A stretch of 64,000 nucleotides of DNA from Amoebidium appalachense (GCA_963693365.1 CAVNZM010000003.1:13734914-13798913); one strand, 5' to 3'. Positions 29,956 through 42,883 are shown, numbered from the stretch's first letter. Notes: generated by a model not told the origin, from the letters alone. Made by a program: numbers and translations.

Positions 29956-29956
<1 letters not shown>
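26756..29956 (+). CDS. LINE ORF2: AP-like endonuclease plus reverse transcriptase (1066 aa)
   Basis: APE motifs WNART, ICET, YYPP, LGDFN and SDH. RT motifs KSCGPDG, FRPITL, QSAFR, FIDWKTAYDSV, GLLQGSLLSPFLFNLFIDDL, YADDL and YKYLGV. Cys/His-containing C-terminus; no RNase H recognised. Confidence 0.97.
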
Positions 29957-30031
<75 letters not shown>

Positions 30032-30097
30032 CCAGCTGATACCGAGTGTCCCGAGGGAAGCCCCTTTAAAAAAATTAAAATTAAAATTAAAAAAAAA

Positions 30098-30137
<40 letters not shown>

Positions 30138-30467
30138 GGGGAACCCCAACTAATTGATTTCTCCTTGTAGTCTTTATGGTGTCTCGTAGAGAAAGTAAAC
30201 CCTGATATATAGTCACCACCCGACATCTATGTACGTGATCATGATATACCGCTGAGGGGATATTCCGAGCAAAACCCCCCCCATACCTGAGACTGGTTCT
30301 CTTTGCCTCGAGTAAACAGCGTAAACCCCCAACGTATTATATCATTGGTACAGCGACATTTTGAAACTTTTAATGTAATAGAACTACCAATCCAATCACA
30401 AAAACCTCAAAGGTCTGCTAACACCGGTTTAGGGGGACACGGGGATGAGGACGGTAAATTCTATATC

Positions 30468-30499
<32 letters not shown>

Positions 30500-31619
30500 C
30501 ACACACCGGCCTGTGGCACACACACACACACACACACACAAACACATGTACATTTTAATGTTTTAATAGCAAACAGTTGTTGAAAAAAATAGAGTGAAAA
30601 ACACAACTAAATCAACTCAGTAATGTGAATATGACATTTGGGGCGAGTGTAGTAGAAGGGTTTGTGACTGATAATGATTATTTTTTTACACTATAGCTAG
30701 GGTGATTCAAGCTGGGCGGTGGTCATTGGTAATTTTTTTTATTTGTTTTTTTTCCACATTTACACACAAAGTAATAATCGAATAGAATACAAAAACAACT
30801 AAGAAAAAAAAAACGCATACAACCTTCACTTGGCCCACACACACACATTCACACACACACAAACATGCACACACACACACACACACACATAGACGTTGAA
30901 CACAATGAAAGGAAATATATCTAGAAAACACGGGTGCCATGATTGCAGTCACTGAGTATGAAAAGCATAAAAACATATTTGGGGGGGCAGGGAATGGGAA
31001 GAGGGCCGGGGGGAGGGGGGGGGGGGGGGGGGGGGATGCTTTGAAGTAAACTGAGCACTCGTAAAATTGCAGTACTGACTTGTGAGCATGGTATATTGAC
31101 ACACACCGTAGAATGATGATTTTATGTACGGGAACATTTCGGGGGGGTGCCAATTCCAGACTTCACTGAAATATGTTGCCCACCTGGCACTCAGTGCACT
31201 ATTGCCTGTCCATGCATATCATCGGGTTACCAAACAGTTCTGTAAAATAAGTAAAACAACAAAATAAAAAAATATTATAAAAATTTTGCAGGCAATTTAG
31301 AACATATTGCACTTGGTGGTTTTCAGCTACATGTTTTTGGAGGACCACAAGTAAACTTGGTACTTCGGCAATGGCATGTTTTGGCGCCGGCGACAGCCGG
31401 CGCACAGACCTACTTGTACTATCCGCACACTCCGACTCCTGGTATATAAATAAAACAAAAAAAAACGTAAGAATTTTTCAATCTCAAAAAAAAATTTGGA
31501 AGGAAGTTTTGGCGCGCAAAAAAACATTTTGTAAAACTAAAAGAAAAGTAGGAATATTGACACTGTGGCCCCGTGTACATGTTTGCGCATGCCCCAAATA
31601 GCCAGTGTGTGTGTGTGTG

Positions 31620-31691
<72 letters not shown>

Positions 31692-32349
31692 GCGTGTGCA
31701 TGCGGACGGGTGCCGCCACTGGGCGTACGCGTGCGCTCCTGTGTGTGTGTGTGTGCGTGTGCACGTGTGTGTGTGTGTGTGTGTGGTGATTCATGCTTGC
31801 GCTTGTGTACGCTAGGAGGGGGGGGGGGGGGGGAGGGGGGGGGGGGGGGGGGGGGATAGGGCATGAGCGGCAGGGGGGAGAGCGCCCGGGGGAGGGCTCT
31901 GCAAAAACGGTTTTTTGCAGTTTCTGTTTGTGGAAAATAGGATCGTTACACCTGTGGTGGGAAAGGGGTTGGGCTGAGGGAACAAGCGTGAGGTCATGCG
32001 GGAAATAGCAGGTTTGCCCATGGCAACAGTCTCACAAAAAAACACAACATAATGTCTTAGTTTTTTACATGAAATTTCACTACTTGACATGTCGTCGGCA
32101 CAGGCTATTTAACATGATATATTAACTTAGAAGCATAACACGCAGTGGTGAATTACTTAAACTTACTCAAAAAAATTAAAAAAAAAAACCAAAAAAGAAC
32201 ACGTGATAAATGGTTCGATTCGATTACTCAACACATACAGTTTCTTTAACTTACTTGAAAACAAACAAAACAAAACAAAACAAGAAACAATAAATAAATA
32301 TAGATAAATAAATAAACAAATAAACAAACAAGCAAATAAATAAACAAAC

Positions 32350-33174
32350 ATGTGCCAGAGTACATCGCCCGAAGGGCGTCTTGCGCAAACATCTCACGGT
32401 TACCGCCCTTCGCTCTCACCGTCAAAATGTTCCCGCGAAAAATTGCGACTGAAGAGATCCTGGGAATCGACTTTTCCATTGACCCGTCCGCGAGGCTGTA
32501 AAGGACAACTGTCGAAGTCATTTCAGGTCTTTTTTTCATAAACGCCCACAATATACGTCTGGCGGTGGTCGATCGAAATATCAGTAAGCACCCCAAAATC
32601 TTCATCTTGTTCACGCCGCCATGTTTTAAGTCTCTTCCCTGTCGTCGTATTCCATAGAATACCGCAGTCCTTGGAGTTTGGAAAACTTCGAGGTCTTTCG
32701 TCAACAAACGGTCAACATTCGTGGCGAGGTGGTGCATATGGTAAGAGAAGCCAGGGGTTAACTTGACACCATGTTCAAACACAATACTTTGCACGTCCCC
32801 GCCGCACAAATCCACAATTGACGGCTGGCCGCAGGGCCCACTGGGCCACGGCAAACAGAAAAACGAAAAAATCTTCCTGGAGCAGTTCTTTCGCATTCTC
32901 ATACTCAGAAAGCAGGGAATTTACCCCGCCCGTACTTAGAAAATCGAGCACGACACGTATTCAAACAAAACCGGTGACCTGTCAATGAACACCGATCCAT
33001 TGTGTTTTAACGGCGTGACGGCCGCTGAACCACGCAGCGAGCATGGAGCCAGGCGCCGAGCAGAGGGTTTGGCGGGTGGTGTGGAAACGACGTCCGCCCA
33101 CGTCGAGAACAATCTGATCTGTGAGTTGGTGGTTGAGTTGACACACAGACTCGCATTCCGCTGCGAAACGTTGC
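32350..33174 (-). pseudogene. BTB/POZ (KCTD/T1-type) domain sequence with three frameshifts; further exons probably on both sides
   Basis: IVLDVGGRRFHTTRQTLCSAPGSMLAAWFSGRH / NGSVFIDRSPVLFEYV / LDFLSTGG..LLQEDF / SFFCLPW are read across successive frame changes. Confidence 0.75.
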
Positions 33175-33206
33175 CTGTATTCAGCATTGGGTGGGTGGGT
33201 GGGTGT

Positions 33207-33241
<35 letters not shown>

Positions 33242-33781
33242 GAAGTCAGTTGAGAACACAATGCATAATTTCTTGTCAATAGCTTGGGAAATCACGAATT
33301 CAAGCTGGTCGAGGGACCGCCGGGGGGGGGGGGGGGGGGGGGTGCCCTCCCCCCCCCCCCCCCTCCGAGGTAAGGGTGGGGAGGAGGGGGAGCGAAAGAA
33401 TGGGGGATGGGGGGAGTGGCAGGGGGGGGGGGGGGAAGGGGGGCCTTGAGGGGGTGCGGGTGAGATGGGGGTGGAGTGGGGGGAGGGGAGGGGGGGGGGG
33501 GGGAAGAAGGAGGGGAGATGGGGGGAGAGACGGGGGAAAGGGGAAAAGGGGAGGGGGGGAAAGGGGGGGGGCGGGGGGAGGGGGGAGAATTCACGACCGT
33601 TGATAGGGGGGGGGGGGGGGGAGATGGGGTCGGGGGGTGGGTGGGTGGGTGGGTGGGTGGGGGGGGGGGGAAGGGGGGGGGGGGGGGGGGAGGTGGGAGG
33701 GTTCAGGGAATAGCAGAGACCTACGAATTCCAAAAGAAAGGTGGAGAATCCGACCGAGCACATCGTCCCCCCCCCCCCTCC

Positions 33782-33812
<31 letters not shown>

Positions 33813-34380
33813 ACACACACACGCCCACCTGAGCAGCCCCCCCCCCCCACCCCCCCCATCCCCCCCCCTCTGCCTCCCCCCACGAACCCGAGCAATTCCT
33901 CCTCCTCCCCCCCCACCACGGGGGGGCTCCTTTCGCCCCAAGGGGAATTGGGGGCAGGACCACGGGTACCACCAATGGACGATGATGTTTTCTACTGACA
34001 AACCCCGAGTTTGTAGCTTTAAACCCTTATCCGATGAATCCACACATGAAATGCGGCAGACAGACAGCCGAGAGAAATGGGCAGTGTTGCATGCCATGTG
34101 TGTGCCTAGGGCATATGGAAGCATAAGGTGACAAAGAAAACGACATCAACGTGTTACAGGGATTGTATGAGCGAAAGAGGGAGCTGGCACCACGCTGCGC
34201 AGTGCAGGGTGTATATGTGTGCAGCTGTGTGTGTGTGTGGTGTGTTGTGTGTCCATGTGTGCCCGCGTGCACGCCTGTGCGTGCCTACATATGCAGGTGT
34301 GACTTGAGTTTGTGCACGGGGGGGGGGAAGGAGGGGGAGGGGGGGGGGGGGGGAGGGGAGGGGAGGGGGGGGGGGGGGGG

Positions 34381-34450
<70 letters not shown>

Positions 34451-34866
34451 AACTTTGTAATGCAAGAGCGTAGTCTTTCGAGGTCGAACCTCCTCCAAAG
34501 AAAACAGTGACGTCATTAACTCAGACTATTTGCGAGAGCATTTTGGCGCGAAATCCTCCCGCTGCGCTGCTCAGAGGCCTGTAGCTAGCATGCTCAGCCC
34601 GTCCGTAGCACAGGCCGGTGATTACTGCTAAGTTGTAAGAAACACGAGGAAATAATGATGGTGTATTATGGTCATATGAACACACGCACACGCACGCACG
34701 CACACACGCACGCACGCACGCACGCACACACACACGCACGCACGCACGCACACACGCACGCACGCGCGTGCGTGCGCACACACGGTTGCACACGTATACG
34801 TCCACACACACACAAACACACACAGGCACACAAACGCGCAACCGTGCATGCGCACACATATGTGCA

Positions 34867-34960
<94 letters not shown>

Positions 34961-35307
34961 GCACATTTACACACACGTACAAACTTCACCACCACCACCA
35001 CACGTACACCATCACCCCCTGAACAAGAGCGGGAAGGGGGGTGGGGGGGGGGGGGGGGGGGGGGGGCGGATGAGGGGCGGGGGAACGGGAGAGAGAAGAG
35101 TGTATGGGGAGGGGGGGGGGGGGGGCATTTTCAAAAGAATTTTTCCTTTTTGTTCTCCCCAAACCTCGCCGCTCCCCCGCTCTCCCCCCACTCTCTCCCC
35201 TCACCCCCCTTCCCCCTCACTAAACACACGCACCCGCGCGCGCGCGCACACACACACACACACATACACGCACTGTGACACGCACGCACACACGCACGCA
35301 CACACAC

Positions 35308-35429
<122 letters not shown>

Positions 35430-36089
35430 GAGCTGCCCATAGCAACAGCCATGTTACACTCCGCAACAAAGCCAGCAGCAATAGCAACAACAACGGTTGC
35501 CCCTCCAAAACAAACAAGAAAAGGCACACAAAAAAACACATTTTTTTTTTCAAGTTAAAAAAAAAAAAAAGACTTTACACGTGGACGTTGATGCAAAGAC
35601 CCCCCTCCCCCTCTCCCCTCCTCCCCTTACAAAAACATTTGGGTAATCAAATTCAAAGCCAGTGAAAAGGACGGGGGGAGGGGGGGGGGGGCACAATAGA
35701 ACCAAAAAAGAAAGACAACAAATATGTAGACCGCCAGGATACTTTAGTTACCCTGTACACAAATTCGCAATAGCAAGATTTATGACCACACTCTAGCGCA
35801 CGAGGTAGCTGGCAGGCATATATACAGTGCTGTGCAAGTGACGTGCCACACGTTATTATGGAGCGCCGCGGGAACTTCTGATAGTTGCTAGCACGTTCTG
35901 TATGTGGTAGTTTATGTGTGTGGCTGTGTTTGTGTGTGTGCACATGTCTGTGTGTGTGTGCGCGTGTGTGCATGTGTGTGTGTGTGTGTCAGTGTCACGG
36001 TGTGTATGTGTGTTTGTGTGTGTGTGTGTGTGTGTGCCCGCGCGCACGTGTGTGTGTGTGTGTGAGCGTGTGAGTGCATGCGCTGCGCC

Positions 36090-36168
<79 letters not shown>

Positions 36169-36170
36169 AC

Positions 36171-36206
<36 letters not shown>

Positions 36207-36208
36207 AC

Positions 36209-36244
<36 letters not shown>

Positions 36245-36287
36245 ACGGTGTGTGTGTGTACGTGTGTGTGTGTGTGTGTGTCACGGT

Positions 36288-36363
<76 letters not shown>

Positions 36364-36471
36364 GGTGCCAGTGTGGTTGTGGGTGTGGGCTCAGAGAGAG
36401 GTAGCCTCGGAGGGCACGTGTGTGTGTGTGTGTGTGCATGTGCATGCGAGTGATGCGCGAAGCCGTGAGCA

Positions 36472-36553
<82 letters not shown>

Positions 36554-37563
36554 GTTTCAGTGTGGATGTGCGTGTGGGCTCAGAGGGGGGGAGGGCGTGT
36601 GCGTGCTTGCGTGTGTGTATGATTCGAGTGCATGCGCGACGCCGTGTGCACATGTGGTGTGTGTGTGTGTGGGTGTGTGTGACGGTGTGTGTGTGTGTGT
36701 GTGTGTGTGCCAGCGTATATATATGCATGTGGGCTCAAAGGGGGTGAGAGTGGGGGGGGGGGGGGGGGGAGGAGGGGGGGCCGGGAAGGCCTCCTGGAAG
36801 ATGACGAGGCCTGGGCATGCGCATCACCACAGCGTAGCGTAATCAGTGGTGTATCGTGAGACAGGTGGGGCACAGTGTGTACATGGTGGGCATTCATTGT
36901 ATAATAAGGCTTAAAAAACAACTTATCATTGCTTGGGGTCGTAAGTTCAAAGTTAGACTCGTTGTCGGACTTCATAAAACAGAAAACATAGGCATATGTC
37001 TTTTTGATTTTGTTTATTCACTGACAGTATCATTATGTCAGCTTTAACATCATAATTATTATTATAATGACTAAGTGCTCTGCGCCAGGCAAAGACTTAA
37101 TATATATATTATATATATATATCATATATATATGGAAACCTCAAGCTTTCCAGTGCACGATTTTGAAACGATTACTATGACTCAAAGTGTGACACTGGGT
37201 CCTTGTAAGAATCAGAAGTAAATGGCAATCATTATAAGCCTTTACGTCTGACTGGGTTTTGTTCTTTTTACACTGACTTATGCACAAACTACGAATCACA
37301 TGACTTGGAACCCACATGCACCGTCACTTTGACCGCTTTCAACATTTCAAAGTGACTCTCATCAAAAGACATTCGCATTATAAAAATCAGCATGCCATCT
37401 TCGCCTCATTACTTTACTTTTCTCCAAATCACAACTCATTAATACTAACACTGTCGGACTCTGACGTTGATTCATATCAATCGAAGAAAACTGTCTTGGT
37501 TGATATCAACGGAAATAAAAATCAAAACAAAAATCCAATTAAATATTAAAAACAAACTTAAAA

Positions 37564-38745
37564 TTAACAAACAGGTGCACTTGCACGGCGGCGCACCGAC
37601 GATCCCTGAGTAATCTTCTGCATTGATCCGGAAAGTCGCCTCCGAGGCCACGATCCCCTCGGTGCCCCCGCTGCCGCTTCACTACCAGCATATCCGGGCT
37701 CGGGGAGAAGGGAAGAGAAAAAACCCGTATTTTCCACAACCAAAATACGGATTTCGCTGCTCCGGAAAGTGGATGGTACAGTGGACGTTTTCCGAGTATT
37801 TTGGGGCGCGGAGGTGTTGGAATCGGTGGTGGAATCACTTGAAGAACTGGGCGAATCCATGCAGGTCATGTTTGGCAGGGCGGAATCTGATACAGATTGC
37901 ATGGGGGTGGATTGTGTTTGAGCGGGAGTGACACTGTCCATGTGTGCGATTTCGATGGTTGGTTGGTACTTTTCCACTACGGTTGTGTATGTTTTCTCCG
38001 CCGATTCAGTGAAAACTGCAAGCATAACACCTACAGAGTAGAGGTCGGCGACTGCTTTCAACATAATGTCGCGGTTTTTCTCTCCTATGCAGCTTACACT
38101 CTCACCGTACCGAAGTCGTTCCAGAAAAGCGTAATATGCCTCGGAAGACCTGAACGAAGAAGCATATGCACTCGCGTTCTGGTGCATGAAATCCACTAGC
38201 TTTCGTCGGATAGACTGGTGGATCATTTCGCTCCCGTAGAGCTGGTGTGCGAGGGAACGGAAAAAGGAATTGTCGTCGTGTTTGACATACGTGACGGTCA
38301 AATTGTAAGTTGCGGCAGCCGCAGCCGTGGCTGCAAGCGAGCGATCAGCCTCGCTTTTTCTCCTAGTGGAAACCCGCGGAACACCGCCGAGTGACGAACG
38401 CGGGGAGGTTTGAAGAGAGTCAGAGCTCGTGTCACTACCATGGAAAATAATCTTGGGCGTTTTGTCACTGTTGGATTTAAGGTGATCTTTGGGGGATAGG
38501 TCACCCGCTGCGGTGTATACGTATTTGCGCATGTGTTGTTCAAGCTTGTGGTTGTTGGCGATTTCTTTGTCCCCAGAACGCCTGAAGATTTGTGCGGTCA
38601 TTCTCTTTACGAAACCCATCTTCACTTTCCTATGTATTTTCCTGAAAATAACGTTGACTCTAGCTTGAAAGTAATGATCAACTCGATCTAACTTGAAAAG
38701 ACAGGGATACGTAACCACATATTTTCTTTCCACGTCTGCTCGCAT
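37564..38745 (-). CDS. OTU-fold (OTUD5/OTUD3-like) protein lacking the catalytic Cys; start codon uncertain (ATG at 38745 or 38619)
   Basis: Long intronless ORF. VKHDDNSFFRSLAHQLYGSEMIHQSIRRKLVDFM matches the OTU consensus DGNCLFRAxAxQLYG...H..VR...VDYM, followed by LKAVADLYSVGV. Confidence 0.8.
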   Translation of the reverse strand: MRADVERKYVVTYPCLFKLDRVDHYFQARVNVIFRKIHRKVKMGFVKRMTAQIFRRSGDKEIANNHKLEQHMRKYVYTAAGDLSPKDHLKSNSDKTPKIIFHGSDTSSDSLQTSPRSSLGGVPRVSTRRKSEADRSLAATAAAAATYNLTVTYVKHDDNSFFRSLAHQLYGSEMIHQSIRRKLVDFMHQNASAYASSFRSSEAYYAFLERLRYGESVSCIGEKNRDIMLKAVADLYSVGVMLAVFTESAEKTYTTVVEKYQPTIEIAHMDSVTPAQTQSTPMQSVSDSALPNMTCMDSPSSSSDSTTDSNTSAPQNTRKTSTVPSTFRSSEIRILVVENTGFFSSLLPEPGYAGSEAAAGAPRGSWPRRRLSGSMQKITQGSSVRRRASAPVC

Positions 38746-39439
38746 GCCCGTTGTTGTTGTGCAATAACGACACTTCACTGAGCTTTATGTACTGCCGGGA
38801 GGCAACTATTCGCCAGAGGAGTGCGGATGTCTGAATCTTCCAAAGATGGCTGACGCAATCGCACCAAAGTAGAACCACACCCATTCACCCACAAAATGAG
38901 GGAAACTATCAATTTTCCAACGCAAAAATGTAACATTTTACTGTCTAGTGTTTTTTAGATATGTATTGCAGTAATTATGAATCAGATTTCAATGATTCGA
39001 AAGTTACCCTCAGATTTGTGCATCACGATGGTGCAGGATTATTTTTGCTGCATTCCAAGTTTGAACATTGTGATTGGCTAACGAGCATGGGAATTAGGTC
39101 AGCATATGGGAATTGAACGTGATTGGCCCTTGCTCCGCACGAATACTCCCCCCTAGATGATGTTGGTCGTACTCAGGGTTCGATTTTCGCGTTTTGAACT
39201 GGTCCTTTCGGAACCCGCCAAAATTTTCGGAAAACCATCGGCCAGCACCACTCTTACCAATATTTTACACTTTCTATGCACATCTACATACATATGATAA
39301 CGATTCCCCTCCCATCCCTCCCCTTCGCCCTTCTCCCCCCTCCTTCCCTCCCTTTCTTTCCCAACACACGTATGTACCTCTCACCCCATCTAGCCCTATG
39401 ACCTCGCGAGATCCCCTCCCTGGACGGTCTTGCGGAAAC

Positions 39440-39811
39440 TGTTTCCCCCAGTATATCCCTTATAATTATAATGACCGTGTTAGAACACCTTATTAATACT
39501 GCACAGTATGATATTGTGATACGGTGTCTTAACTTTCTCTCGGAGCTCCCAATGCTAGCTTCTGCTTATCCATAATCTATACTAGGGTTGTTTTATTGCA
39601 TACAGTGTACATAAGTCAGGGGGTTTACGCTGTTTACTCGAGGCAAAGAGAACCAGTCTCAGGTATGGGGGGGGTTTTGCTCGGAATATCCCCTCAGCGG
39701 TATATCATGATCACGTACATAGATGTCGGGTGGTGACTATATATCAGGGTTTACTTTCTCTACGAGACACCATAAAGACTACAAGGAGAAATCAATTAGT
39801 TGGGGTTCCCC

Positions 39812-39849
<38 letters not shown>

Positions 39850-39911
39850 TTTTTAATTTTAATTTTAATTTTTTTAAAGGGGCTTCCCTCGGGACACTCG
39901 GTATCAGCTGG

Positions 39912-39972
<61 letters not shown>

Positions 39973-40831
39973 TGTGTGTGTGTGCGCTATAATTTTGTAG
40001 TGATGTGTTTCTCAAGCCAATCAATACATCTAATAAACAGGTCGTAGTTACGCGTGTTTAGTATAAAATCAAGGATGTTGTAATTTACAGGTAGGCTATC
40101 TTTCTGGGTGTCTGTTGTGAATGTGACGTGTGTGTGTTGCGGTATTATGTGGTCTATCAAACTACATTTGGCGATACATGACCGGTTAAACTGGTGTGTG
40201 TGTGTGTTGTTTGGGCATGCAAATGATGCCACCTTATACTTATTAGATCTCCACTGTATAGCACGTGTACAGTAAAAGCGTGGTAATTGATCAATAATAC
40301 CATCAGCTAGAGAAAGACCAGTTCTACAGGAAGGTAATATGTATTTAGGTGTTATACACTTGCGAGTGCCATATTTGGCAATATGGTTGAGGCGGTCAGT
40401 ATATATAAAACGAGACATAAGGCTTAGTTTTTCAAGGTGTATGCTTTCATCGGGTCTAGTGTCGTGTGGTATCTTTTTCCATTTGTTATATTGCGTGATT
40501 ATCTTGTGATTGTGTACATGTTTAATAAGTAAGTGGCAGTCCAAAGTCACACACACACTATTGCGGGGTTTATTTGTATTTGTGCCCAGGGGAGAAGGGG
40601 AGAGAGAGGGGAGGAAAGAGGGGAGAGGTGAGGAGGGGACAGGTCGGATAGAGAAGAGAGGGTGGGAGGGCAAATACTTCTTTAAGCGGCTTATGTGCTT
40701 ATTGAATTTCAGCGCGAGATAGGTCACTAGCTGCATTTGATTGGCTGCGCTGGAAACGCAGTAGGCCGTCAAGTGACTCGACGGGGGCCCCTAACGATGT
40801 CCGCAGCAATACAAAGTGCATAAACCCCCCC
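39440..40831 (+). mobile_element. Diverged LINE family B copy (B3), split by insertion of copy A4
   Basis: 39471-39575 encodes MTVLEHLINTAQYDIVIRCLNFLSELPMLASAYP*, matching B1. The 3' UTR resumes at 40723 (gctgcatttgattggctgcgctggaaacgcagtaggccgtc) and ends gcataaaccccccc. May extend upstream to ~39250. Confidence 0.8.
39619..40722 (-). mobile_element. LINE family A, 5'-truncated copy (A4, ~1.1 kb) with 4-bp TSD gtca
   Basis: Near-identical reverse complement of ~29221-30330, with gtca at 39615-39618 and 40723-40726. Confidence 0.95.
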
Positions 40832-41330
40832 GGTTCAAAAACGTCCGGGTATTCCTGTATTGGTTGCCCCAATATCGAACTCTGTACATCGTACGTATGA
40901 TACCACGCGTACGGCCGCGCCGTGCCCGGGGGGGCCCCACCGACGGCCACTCTTAAATCATAAGCTATAATATCAGCCTATTTTTATATTATAGTTGTGC
41001 GTTTATATAATTAAGGTATTACAAGAATGTTCAGCGTTTCAAAGATTCATTTACCAATTACCAAATCTTATCGATCTCGTATATAGATTGCACTGTCTAA
41101 TGAAGTCTTCAACTGATCATGTCGAGCACGTGTCAGGCTTCGCCGGAGGCTTTCACGGCGTGCCGCGTGACCTGCAAGCTGAGGCTGGCACCTGCGCGAA
41201 TGCTGATATGGCACCATTAGCTGATTGATTGAGCGGCATATATATGCCAACGCACTTGCTCTTTGTACATAAATGTAAATAGACAATGCATTCCCCTGTT
41301 TTCATGATATGTGTGTTCTTGATCGGGGGG

Positions 41331-41371
<41 letters not shown>

Positions 41372-42883
41372 GGCACCACCAGTCTGATTCCGGGGCCGCC
41401 GATATGATTTCGGCTTGCATGTCATATATGAGCGACCATGATACAACTTTCCCCCGCCTACACAGGTAAGCCGGTTTTCTATGGATAGAAGGGTATTAAT
41501 ATAACAGGATCTTTACTAATATGACTGAAGGTTTTCTAAACCGTGTTCCTCAGTGTTTTGTAATTACATGTAGAGTAATAATCGATCATCCCGCTATAGT
41601 GCACTGGAGAACACGTCTTCAATATCAGTGAAGGAATGCATACCCGGTTAAATTTTTATGCGACATCTTACACCCTGGAGGGCCTGGATTTATGCAAAAA
41701 GCACACTATTCTTGCATACACCGCTGAATTCTGGTAAGTTCGACGCGTTGCACCATGTCAACATGGGCCCATAGTACCAACATGAGCCCATTTTTTATTT
41801 TTTGCGGCAGTAAATATGCTGTTGTGCATATATACAATGCCTGCAACTGTCTAACTATTCACTATCAGTCGGTTGGTAATCGCATAGTTATGGCAGTAGG
41901 GGTGATAAAACGCATTCCACTGACGACATAGGGGCGTGCTGCGACTTTGAACACATGCGATAAATAATAACGACCATGGCGTGATGACGTGCTCCACGTT
42001 TATTGATGAAAACCTTACTTATCATAGTTGGTAGCCTGTACAGTTTATAAATAATTATAAGACTACAATAAGTAGAACTATAAACTAGTCATTTATGTGT
42101 ACATCTCAGTCTTGAAAGAGGGCTAAAAGAGAGATCTTGGGCAGGAACTTCGGATTCATTTGAACTTGGATCACGATCACTTTCTACATGTGCTTGCAAC
42201 ATGTTGAAGGGTCCTTCCTCCGGCTGTATGTAGTCATTGGTGGGTTGGTGGGTGGCCCCCAGTACAAATGCGCATGTGCATGTGCTTGGCCTTGTTTTTA
42301 TTCTCCATGCAATCTCTCTCTCCTTCTTTCTCTCTCTCTCTCTACAGCTGTGCGTGTGAGTTTGAGTATGTGTGTGTGTGTGTGTGCTTGTGTGCCTGCG
42401 GCTGTGTCTGTGTGTGTGTATCATCAAGGGTTGCAAGGCAAAAAGGATAGTGGCTGTCTTCTAATTTGGCAGAAAGTTTGAAAACAAAAATATTGTGTCT
42501 CGAGGGGCCAAAAATTAATAAAGGTAAATTACGTGCACTGCACTTCCTTTTTATTAACGCCTACGTGACATATATATAGGTGTTGTGCGATGGGCGCCGC
42601 CGTCATTGCTACCTTAAGCCATCGACATGATATCGGATAGAAGATTATTAAACTATTCCGTTTAAGGCCACATTGCCATTTTGATATACAAGGGTGAGGG
42701 GGGGGGACGGGGGGGATTGGTTGGAAAGGAAGAGAAGGGGTTGAGAAAGTGTCCCACTATCCCAACTGCCTAGAATGAGTCAGCCACATTGCTTTTACAA
42801 TTAAATTAAAAAGTCGCTAAAGGTCAATGATGTACACTAATCTGTGTACTCAGTGAGTTAAGTTTTAGAAAATTGTGTGCATG

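Larger units (their letters stand above)
25520..30330 (+). mobile_element. Full-length, apparently intact non-LTR retrotransposon (LINE family A); 5' boundary not determined
   Basis: Two intact overlapping ORFs. The 3' end is fixed at gagtaaacagcgtaaaccccc by comparison with three other copies that have different flanks. Confidence 0.95.

Noticed and set aside
30030-30065. ctgataccgagtgtcccgagggaag as a hammerhead ribozyme in the LINE 3' UTR
   Set aside because: Lacks the CUGANGA and GAAA cores, and no consistent stems I/III were found.
39150-39200. ggttcgatt as a tRNA T-loop or B-box
   Set aside because: No cloverleaf, acceptor stem or matching A-box could be built.
40832-40950. IQEYPDVF on the minus strand, reminiscent of Ty3/gypsy pol
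   Set aside because: Too short, with no adjacent protease or RT motifs and no LTRs.
42089-42230. Possible terminal exon on the minus strand (PEEGPFNMLQAHVESD...)
   Set aside because: An acceptor is plausible, but no linked upstream exon or homology supports it.
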